Shown piece by piece: positions 26,061-32,000 of a DNA stretch of 32,000 bases (positions within the stretch are counted from its first letter, which is position 1; each line of letters starts with the position of its first letter). The notes below the pieces were generated by a model. It was not told where the DNA came from and did not search any database. It saw nothing but the letters and a program-made list of their open reading frames with translations. The DNA is from Candidatus Methanoperedens sp. (GTDB lineage: Archaea; Halobacteriota; Methanosarcinia; Methanosarcinales; Methanoperedenaceae), in contig JAPZAR010000014.1 of assembly GCA_027460535.1 (NCBI GenBank), positions 1-32,000 of the forward strand, in the 5' to 3' direction. The position numbers were made by a program, and so were the translations under genes.

Positions 26061-26513
26061 ATGGTGACTTCATTGATTATCATCAGAAAATTCCAGCCTC
26101 AAGATTTTCCAGGTGTCATTGATATCGAAAAGAGGGTTTTCAATGAACATGACCCTTTTTTCTATATGCAGTTCTATGAGACCTGCTCTGAAGGTTTTAT
26201 CGTGGCTGAGATCAATGGGATCGTGGTTGGTTTCGTAGTGGGTTTCATGACATCGCAGGGCACTGGACGCATTTTTTCTCTGGCTATTGATCCAAAATAC
26301 CAGAATCGCAAGATAGGGAGTCTCCTTTTGAACGAGATAATCGATGTTATCAGGAAATTTGGGGCTATGGAAATCATACTGGAAGTCAGGGCCAATAACA
26401 TCAAGGCCAGGAGGTTCTATGAAAAGCACGGGTTTTTTCAGACCGGGATCGCTGAAAAATATTATAATGACGGGGAGAGCGCCTTTTTGATGAAATTGAA
26501 ACTGGGCTCATAA
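26061..26513 (+). CDS. rimI: GNAT family N-acetyltransferase, RimI-like
   Basis: 'IIRKFQPQDFPGVIDIEKRVF...RIFSLAIDPKYQNRKIGSLLLNE...LEVRANNIKARRFYEKHGF' is the GNAT acetyl-CoA-binding pattern. The track start at 26049 is TTG; the ATG at 26061 is preferred. Confidence 0.8.
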   Translation: MVTSLIIIRKFQPQDFPGVIDIEKRVFNEHDPFFYMQFYETCSEGFIVAEINGIVVGFVVGFMTSQGTGRIFSLAIDPKYQNRKIGSLLLNEIIDVIRKFGAMEIILEVRANNIKARRFYEKHGFFQTGIAEKYYNDGESAFLMKLKLGS

Positions 26514-26634
26514 TGCTGAAAGAATAAAGAATATTATTCAATTCGCAATAAGCTCACTTATGTTCAGAGCAATTTCTTCATTAGTCGAACGTTCATCTGA
26601 TACTCACCATTGCATGCGAGTAGAATCAGAGCGT

Positions 26635-27195
26635 TCAGTATTTTCTGCGATCTCTGTGTACCCTTGGATATGTCACCAGATTTTTAATCGTAATCTCTGG
26701 TATTTTTTCTTCTTCCTCGGCAATTTTAGCCACAATATCCAATAAACCTAATTCCTTATCAAGGTCTAAAATCAACATCTCAAGACAAATATTAGTTTGC
26801 TTTTCTTTTTCAAGTCTCTCAATTGCTTTCTGATACCTGTTATTGACCTCATCGAGTTTATCCTTAAAAGTCTTTGCTGATTCTTCATATTCGGTGATTA
26901 AGGATGTTTTCCTCTCAATCTCTTCCTTTAGCTTATCACTAATCCTTTGCTGTTTCCTGATCTCCCCTTCCAAACTTGAAGCCCTTTCCCGTTCTTTTTC
27001 AAGAATATTGTTGATTTCTCTGATCTCATTCTTGAATTTCTCTATAGTTTCCTCCTGTTTCTTGTTTGGAATGCCTATTTCTTTGCTGCTCTCCCCAAGC
27101 TCCTTAATGATTTGCTGTTGCTTCTCGATCAACTTTTCAAGTTCTGAAGTCTTTCTCCACCAAAAAATACCAGTAATCCATTTTTTAAAAGCCAT
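26635..27195 (-). CDS. Coiled-coil protein with an amphipathic, Trp-rich N-terminus
   Basis: 186 aa. 'MAFKKWITGIFWWRK' followed by about 130 aa of heptad-like E/K/L/I-rich sequence. It starts 11 nt after the upstream HEAT-like gene. Confidence 0.55.
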   Translation of the reverse strand: MAFKKWITGIFWWRKTSELEKLIEKQQQIIKELGESSKEIGIPNKKQEETIEKFKNEIREINNILEKERERASSLEGEIRKQQRISDKLKEEIERKTSLITEYEESAKTFKDKLDEVNNRYQKAIERLEKEKQTNICLEMLILDLDKELGLLDIVAKIAEEEEKIPEITIKNLVTYPRVHRDRRKY

Positions 27196-27205
27196 AAATT
27201 TGACT

Positions 27206-27814
27206 CTATACGTTATATTTCGATTTTATCTCCCTGAGGCTTTCTATATATTTTGGATTTTTCTTGAGGACATAAGAAATTCGACTCTGGAGATCCGCTC
27301 CCTTTTGCGTGAGTTGCTCCGTTTCCTTAATCTTCTGATCCTTCTCCTTAATTCTCCTGAGAAGGTCTATGGCCAAATGCGCAACAGTATCGCTTTCATG
27401 CAGCAATGCTTTCTGTAAGTTCCTGTAATCTCCCACAATTTCGTGATCAACTAAGACGTCAAGAATTTTTAATGAATCGATTGCAGCAGCAGGTGTGGAT
27501 AATGCCTGATTGCAAAAAAGGGGATACAGGGATTTCCATACATCAGCCTTTACATCAGCCTCTTTATTCACTACGTCAGGAGACATATCCCTAAGAATAT
27601 TTAACGAGTTGCGGGCAATATTGATATTTTTATGGCACAGGAGTCTCTGCATTTCCAGGAAGTTTTTCCTTTGAACGCCGAGATCTGCAAGAATCTTAAT
27701 ATAATTTAAAGTTTCGCGAACTACCGTCTCGTCCTCCGATTTTAGTAAGTCGTTCAGAAATGGATAGATTGTAGCATTAGCTACCGATTGAATGGATTTT
27801 CCTTCAAAAATCAT
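27206..27814 (-). CDS. HEAT/ARM-like repeat protein (two ~75-aa modules) with a C-terminal coiled-coil tail
   Basis: Both modules end in an 'LxH(K/E)xxxxAxxxLxxLRxI'-like signature ('LLCHKNINIARNSLNILRDM', 'LLHESDTVAHLAIDLLRRIK'). The ATG at 27814 is preferred over the GTG at 27820. It is a paralog of the N-terminus of the 28491-29714 gene. Confidence 0.6.
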   Translation of the reverse strand: MIFEGKSIQSVANATIYPFLNDLLKSEDETVVRETLNYIKILADLGVQRKNFLEMQRLLCHKNINIARNSLNILRDMSPDVVNKEADVKADVWKSLYPLFCNQALSTPAAAIDSLKILDVLVDHEIVGDYRNLQKALLHESDTVAHLAIDLLRRIKEKDQKIKETEQLTQKGADLQSRISYVLKKNPKYIESLREIKSKYNV

Positions 27815-27816
27815 AC

Positions 27817-28314
27817 TCACTCAAAAGCGTGAATCTCTCTTGCAATATTCATGCTTCTTATTATATCCAGTGCAAGATAGGCAATTTGCTTATTCTTGTG
27901 CAACATCATCTGCTCCACAGGATTAAATAGAATCTCGCTGTTTTCAGCTTCATTTGATAATGCACTCGTTGCGTTCATGGCATTAAGTACTATATCGTCA
28001 GAACCGGATTTGAAGCATGTGACCAGGAATGGGATTACTGCATCCATAAGAATTTTCCTATATTCACCTGGAGCAAGCGGTTTCACCTTGCCTTCTGCCT
28101 CACGTATCTGCCTCAGTACATCCAGGGATACATAGGCAACATCTTTGCTCTTATGCTGCAAAGCATTGTTAAGAACCGGGGTTAAGTCGCTTAGAGGACT
28201 ATAATAAACAAGCGCTTTTGCAGCCTTCAGAGATTCGAGTGCAAGTTCACTATCTGAAGAATTTATACAGTGTGCTAAAAGTGGCACTACATTTTTTTCG
28301 ATAACATTTTCCAT
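27817..28314 (-). CDS. HEAT/ARM-like repeat protein (two ~75-aa modules)
   Basis: 165 aa with an internal duplication. 'VVPLLAHCINSSDSELALESLKAAKAL...LQHKSKDVAYVSLDVLRQIREAEG' pairs with 'VIPFLVTCFKSGSDDIVLNAMNATSAL...MLHKNKQIAYLALDIIRSMNIARE'. GGAGG lies upstream of the ATG. Confidence 0.6.
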   Translation of the reverse strand: MENVIEKNVVPLLAHCINSSDSELALESLKAAKALVYYSPLSDLTPVLNNALQHKSKDVAYVSLDVLRQIREAEGKVKPLAPGEYRKILMDAVIPFLVTCFKSGSDDIVLNAMNATSALSNEAENSEILFNPVEQMMLHKNKQIAYLALDIIRSMNIAREIHAFE

Positions 28315-28356
28315 CAGTCATTCCTCCGAACTAATATGATAGATATTCTTTTTAAG

Positions 28357-28363
28357 ATATAAA
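28357..28363 (-). promoter_or_regulatory. TATA box candidate (TTTATAT on the minus strand) for the HEAT-like gene cluster
   Basis: The minus strand reads 'taacaTTTATATcttaaaaag', about 45-50 nt upstream of the ATG at 28314. A homologous block with TTTATAC occurs at 29914-29920. Confidence 0.4.
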
Positions 28364-28490
28364 TGTTATCATTAAAACAAGATAATTTAATGAAATTGCC
28401 AGAAAGGTGCAATTCATGTACCTGTGATGGTTGCACTGGGTTAATTCTAATCGGCGCCACTACTTAAGTGTAAGATCTGCAGCTCAGCTA

Positions 28491-29714
28491 CTATAAACCG
28501 TGGGCCTGAATAGTTGAACCTTGTTTGTATTTCAGGAGTGAAAAAACCTTTTTATCTTTTTTATGGCGTCTTAGCTGCTCTATAAACAACAATGACTTTG
28601 TGTGAACTTCAAGCAGATTCCATGTTGATTTTTCTACATAGTAATCTATTCCGTTCGCATAATCAGCCATCTTTGAGCTGACTTCTTCACTTATCCAGCC
28701 AATTTCAACATAATATTCAAGTATATCGGATAAGTTATTTCGCCCTACTCTTTCCATCAGGAATTTGACCCAGTTCAATAGAATGATGGAAGTCTCAGGC
28801 GTATTATCCAGAAAATGCAGCCTTACTTTTTGTTCTTCAATGTATTGGGAATCTTCTACCTTTTTTTGCGCGAGTTGGGGGATCGAAGAAATCTCGGACG
28901 TTGATATATGCCAGCTTGGTTTGACGCGTTCCAAAACCTCTCCTGCAGCTTTTTCAATCCGAGCAGTTTCATTTACAATATTTGAATTCACTAATTTTTT
29001 CAATTCTTCCATACTATCTTCAAGAGTTTTGAATTTATCGTCATGGTCCTCTGTCAGATTCGAAGGTACTTCTGGGGTCTTCCGACACAGATCTTCGACC
29101 TTTTCTTCAATATCTGCCAGCTTTTTAGATACAACTTTTTCAACCAGATCATTTTCATTTACAATATTTAAATTCACTAATTTTTTTAATTCTTCTATAC
29201 TATCTTCAAGAGCTTTGAATTTATTATCATAAGCCTGTGTCAGATTTGAAGGTACTTCTTGGGTCTTCCGACACAGCTCTTCGACCATTTCCTCGATATC
29301 TGACACCTTTTCCATGGAATCTTCTTTCTTTAGTAGATTATAAATCCGACTCTGAAGATCTTTTTCCATTTGTATGAGCTGCTCTGTTTTGTTAATTTGT
29401 TGATTTATTTTCAATGGAACTTTTTCTATGCCTTCATCACTGCCCTCACTGACACTTACTCCCTCTATTCTTGTGTCTGTGGTCAATCCTTTAATTTTCC
29501 TGAGAACATCCAATGCCAGATGCGCCACTTCATCGCTTTTATGCAGCAATACTTTTTCTAAATTTATATAATCTCCCACAACACCATAATCAATTAAAAC
29601 ATCAAGAATTTTTAATGATTCTTCTGCAACATCCGGTGTGGATAATGCCTGATTGCAAAAAAAAGGATACATGGATTTCCATACATCCGCCTTTACTTCA
29701 AACAACTGCCTCAT
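28491..29714 (-). CDS. HEAT-like module + duplicated coiled-coil + archaellum FlaD/E (ArlD/E)-type C-terminal domain protein
   Basis: 407 aa. The N-terminus is paralogous to the second module of the 27206-27814 gene. The middle holds a 62-aa tandem repeat. The C-terminus 'ILLNWVKFLMERVGRNNLSDILEYYVEIGWISEEVSSKMADYANGI' matches the conserved core of archaeal FlaD/FlaE proteins as I remember it. Confidence 0.65.
   Translation of the reverse strand: MRQLFEVKADVWKSMYPFFCNQALSTPDVAEESLKILDVLIDYGVVGDYINLEKVLLHKSDEVAHLALDVLRKIKGLTTDTRIEGVSVSEGSDEGIEKVPLKINQQINKTEQLIQMEKDLQSRIYNLLKKEDSMEKVSDIEEMVEELCRKTQEVPSNLTQAYDNKFKALEDSIEELKKLVNLNIVNENDLVEKVVSKKLADIEEKVEDLCRKTPEVPSNLTEDHDDKFKTLEDSMEELKKLVNSNIVNETARIEKAAGEVLERVKPSWHISTSEISSIPQLAQKKVEDSQYIEEQKVRLHFLDNTPETSIILLNWVKFLMERVGRNNLSDILEYYVEIGWISEEVSSKMADYANGIDYYVEKSTWNLLEVHTKSLLFIEQLRRHKKDKKVFSLLKYKQGSTIQAHGL
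28970..29341 (-). repeat. In-frame tandem duplication, two copies of 186 nt (62 aa), inside the ArlD/E-domain gene
   Basis: 'catttacaatattt(g/a)aattcactaattttt...' starts at 28970 and again at 29156. The first ~150 nt of each unit are highly similar. Protein units: 'SDIEEMVEELCRKTQEVPSNLTQAYDNKFKALEDSIEELKKLVNLNIVNE' and 'ADIEEKVEDLCRKTPEVPSNLTEDHDDKFKTLEDSMEELKKLVNSNIVNE'. Confidence 0.9.
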
Positions 29715-29786
29715 CCCTTGAGTGTAGTAACTTATTCGGAACCTTATTTGTTACAGATTTTATGGATTTTCCATTCAAAAGCATAC

Positions 29787-29877
29787 TCTCTTAAAACTGT
29801 GAACTCTTTTTACCAATACTTTCTATCATATTCCAGTGCAAGATAGGCAATTTCCTTATATTCTTGTGCAACACCGT
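29787..29877 (-). pseudogene. Deletion remnant of a second copy of the 165-aa HEAT-like gene
   Basis: 29787-29877 aligns with 27817-27905, the 3' end of the 165-aa gene (e.g. 'tccagtgcaagataggcaattt' is shared). 29878-29940 aligns with the 5' UTR/promoter at 28318-28380. The ~400 nt in between are missing. Confidence 0.6.
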
Positions 29878-29941
29878 TCAACCTCAAATTAATATTATAG
29901 ATATCCTTTTAAGGTATAAATTTTATCATTAAATTAATATC

Positions 29942-30061
29942 CTATTTATCATATTTCTCAACTTTTGTACTTAACACCTCTCCAAAATAAATAAAAAGAG
30001 CGCTTAATAGGATAACAATAATAGGTATATCTAAACTCGCCAACTGGTTTATTTCAAACAT
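29942..30061 (-). CDS. Possible 39-aa single-pass membrane micro-ORF
   Basis: My own translation: MFEINQLASLDIPIIVILLSALFIYFGEVLSTKVEKYDK*. It lies 57 nt downstream of the marker-7 gene on the same strand. The only support is the ORF and its hydrophobic core. Confidence 0.2.
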   Translation of the reverse strand: MFEINQLASLDIPIIVILLSALFIYFGEVLSTKVEKYDK

Positions 30062-30118
30062 CTTTTCAACACTATATTTTCATCATTACTATATATAAAG
30101 TGTTACATTCATGTAATC

Positions 30119-31045
30119 TCATATCACAAAACCCGTCTCTGACTTCGGCAGCGCCTTTATTAAAATAAAGTTCCTCATCTTCGAGGGAAGCACCTTCGCC
30201 ACCTCCTTCATGGTCACCCCTTCCACGAACCTGATATTCTCGACCTGTTCATGGTATTCTTCATAAGGTAATTTCACCCGTACGCCGTTCATCTGCAATG
30301 TAATAGGCAGGGGATGCAGGCTGTCGATGATCTCAGGTACCTGCTCCTCGATCTCTTTCTTGATGCGCTGCGGCGCTACGGAAGGAGGGTCCTTTGCAAG
30401 TTCCTTTCGCACATTATCGAATACTCCACCGATAACATCGGCAAGCTTATCCAGCGTCCGCAGTTCCTCGGCGTGGCGCATGTGATGCAGGATCCTCCCG
30501 AAGCTTCCCACATACGCAGTGGCGTTCGGGACATCCTCAGTTCGAAGTTCAGGCGCACCGGTGACTATGATCGGAATTTCTATCCCTTCATAAAGTCTCT
30601 TTGATTTTTCAATGATGCAATGTTCATAATTTCCAAGGATGAACACAGCAAGGTCATGCTCGTTAATGAGATCCCTCTCGTAAGCAGAAAGCTGGCATAT
30701 CCTCTTCCCCACTCCCCGCGCAAGCCCGACCATGTTTGTCTTGGCACCTTTCTTCCGCAGGAATTCCGCTACATCGCAGTCAAGGTGAGGCAGATGGTGA
30801 TATGCAAGTGTTGGCGCCACTGTTGCGATTTCAGTCCCTGTGAGAGGAGCACGCGATATCTTGCCCAGGAGCTCCTTTGCCTTTTTCTCAACAATGTCCA
30901 TGTCATTGATGGGGACAAGCATCAGCAGCACCACATCGGTCTGCATGATGTTCTTTTGAAGAATGTAACCCCCAAGATCTTCCACAAGCTCAATAATGTG
31001 ATTATGTTTGTACACGCCGCCCTCGTACATCACGGGTTCAAACAT
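30119..31045 (-). CDS. Methanogenesis marker protein 7 (putative)
   Basis: About 308-316 aa. It occupies the last position of a marker 15 - marker 17 - marker 7 gene string with overlapping junctions. The assignment rests on size, order and recalled family features, not on a search. An alternative start lies at 31069. Confidence 0.55.
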   Translation of the reverse strand: MFEPVMYEGGVYKHNHIIELVEDLGGYILQKNIMQTDVVLLMLVPINDMDIVEKKAKELLGKISRAPLTGTEIATVAPTLAYHHLPHLDCDVAEFLRKKGAKTNMVGLARGVGKRICQLSAYERDLINEHDLAVFILGNYEHCIIEKSKRLYEGIEIPIIVTGAPELRTEDVPNATAYVGSFGRILHHMRHAEELRTLDKLADVIGGVFDNVRKELAKDPPSVAPQRIKKEIEEQVPEIIDSLHPLPITLQMNGVRVKLPYEEYHEQVENIRFVEGVTMKEVAKVLPSKMRNFILIKALPKSETGFVI

Positions 31046-31640
31046 TTTCTGCACTCCTGAGGGATTCAAGCATCTCTCTTGCCTTTGCTATCCATTCGGG
31101 TTTAATCGTGTCCTCCGAGGCTACGAAAAGAACATGCGAGGTTGAAAGCTCATGTTTTCGCACCCTGAAACCTTCGGGTATAATGCGAAGAGCTATCGCA
31201 TCTATCAAACGGTCAAGCACTTCCTGCCGCGGCTCCTCGATAACGAATTCCTGCAGGAAATCAATTTCCTTCAAAGGGTCGGTCTTAACAATTATGATTT
31301 TCTTATCAGGCTGTACTATATTCTCCTTGCCATACCTTTCCCAGAGTTTATTGAGGAGTTTCACGGTGAAAGCTTCTCTTTGCAGTTCTATCTTCACTTC
31401 ATCCTTGCCAAGCGAACCCATCTCCACCTTGGCAAAATCTTTGAGCCGGATCGCAGGCGTACCGAGGCGCAGGATGGCAGTAAAAATAAAAACCGGCTCG
31501 ACGGGGTCAACGAATACTTTCATCCTCCCTATGACTCTATTAAGGGATAGGTCCGCCAGGGAATCCATTATGAGGATCTTGGTTGTCTTCGCTCCTACTG
31601 CATCAGGGGATTCTACCACATATGTTTCAAGCTGTTCCAT
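31038..31640 (-). CDS. Methanogenesis marker protein 17 (putative)
   Basis: 200 aa, located between the BadF/BcrA-like ATPase gene and the marker-7 candidate. Size and synteny match the conserved MCR-associated marker cluster. Confidence 0.5.
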   Translation of the reverse strand: MEQLETYVVESPDAVGAKTTKILIMDSLADLSLNRVIGRMKVFVDPVEPVFIFTAILRLGTPAIRLKDFAKVEMGSLGKDEVKIELQREAFTVKLLNKLWERYGKENIVQPDKKIIIVKTDPLKEIDFLQEFVIEEPRQEVLDRLIDAIALRIIPEGFRVRKHELSTSHVLFVASEDTIKPEWIAKAREMLESLRSAENV

Positions 31641-31647
31641 TACACCC

Positions 31648-32000
31648 TCATTTTGAAATGAATCCTGATACCAGCAAAGCCGCCCCGACCGCGCCTATGT
31701 ATTGTGCATTATCGGGAACTATGACCTTTACTTTGAGCAATTCCTCAACAGCTTTGGGAAGTCCCTCAATAAGTGACGTTCCACCCACCATTATTACAGG
31801 TTCTTTGACATCGATCTCCTGAAGCTGCTGCTCGAATAACTGTTCTGCCACGCTATGGCAGGCTGCGGCGGCAACATCCTCGGGTTTGCTCCCCGCTGCC
31901 AGTGAATTTACAAGGGACTGGATACCGAAAACTATACAGTAGCTATTCATTTTGACATTGTGGGCATTTCCTTTGACCGCGAGGGCGCCAAGCTCTGTGA
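31648..32000 (-). CDS. Methanogenesis marker protein 15 (BadF/BadG/BcrA/BcrD-type ATPase-like), C-terminal part; gene continues beyond the window
   Basis: '[42 protein letters not shown]' is the C-terminal acetate/sugar-kinase-fold pattern of BcrA/BadF-type ATPases. The reading frame stays open upstream of the first Met through position 32000. Confidence 0.6.
   Translation of the reverse strand, partial: TELGALAVKGNAHNVKMNSYCIVFGIQSLVNSLAAGSKPEDVAAAACHSVAEQLFEQQLQEIDVKEPVIMVGGTSLIEGLPKAVEELLKVKVIVPDNAQYIGAVGAALLVSGFISK

Noticed and set aside
26635-29940. Repeats in this region as a CRISPR array or non-coding satellite
   Set aside because: The repeats are long (186 nt and kb-scale), diverged and in-frame within ORFs. 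They represent gene and domain duplication, not short direct repeats with spacers.

Overview
The gene content indicates an archaeal chromosome from an MCR-containing methanogen or ANME-type Methanosarcinales-like organism. This lineage call is an inference. No rRNA, tRNA or CRISPR array was found.

**Layout, left to right**
- **1-6.7 kb, minus strand:** a type I restriction-modification operon, tightly packed with overlapping genes. Its order is hsdM, an AT-rich PIN-like gene, hsdS, an NTase/HEPN pair, a 42-nt hsdS 3'-end remnant, a wHTH-NTase/HEPN pair, and an hsdR that stops after 292 codons.
- **7-13.7 kb:** a small membrane protein, a stand-alone PAS-like protein, a long PurL with a PurS-like N-terminus, an RHH-domain protein and a Zn-ribbon/Trm1-like methyltransferase.
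- **13.8-17.5 kb:** an iron-uptake operon. It runs from an FTR1 permease through a DtxR-family repressor and FeoB to an unannotated 44-aa Cys-rich ORF. A perfect 16-bp palindrome lies over the predicted transcription start.
- **17.6-26.5 kb:** housekeeping genes. These are a peroxiredoxin, a SAM methyltransferase, a DUF2283-like protein, an AmmeMemoRadiSam radical SAM enzyme, CDC48, PurA, TruD and RimI.
- **26.6-29.9 kb:** a partly duplicated, partly decayed locus. It encodes a reiterated HEAT/ARM-like module (~75 aa), coiled coils and an archaellum FlaD/E (ArlD/E)-type C-terminal domain.
- **30.1-32 kb:** methanogenesis marker proteins 7, 17 and 15 (the last partial).

**Best candidates for something undescribed**
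1. The PIN-like gene translationally wedged between hsdM and hsdS.
2. The HEAT-like / coiled-coil / ArlD/E fusion locus.
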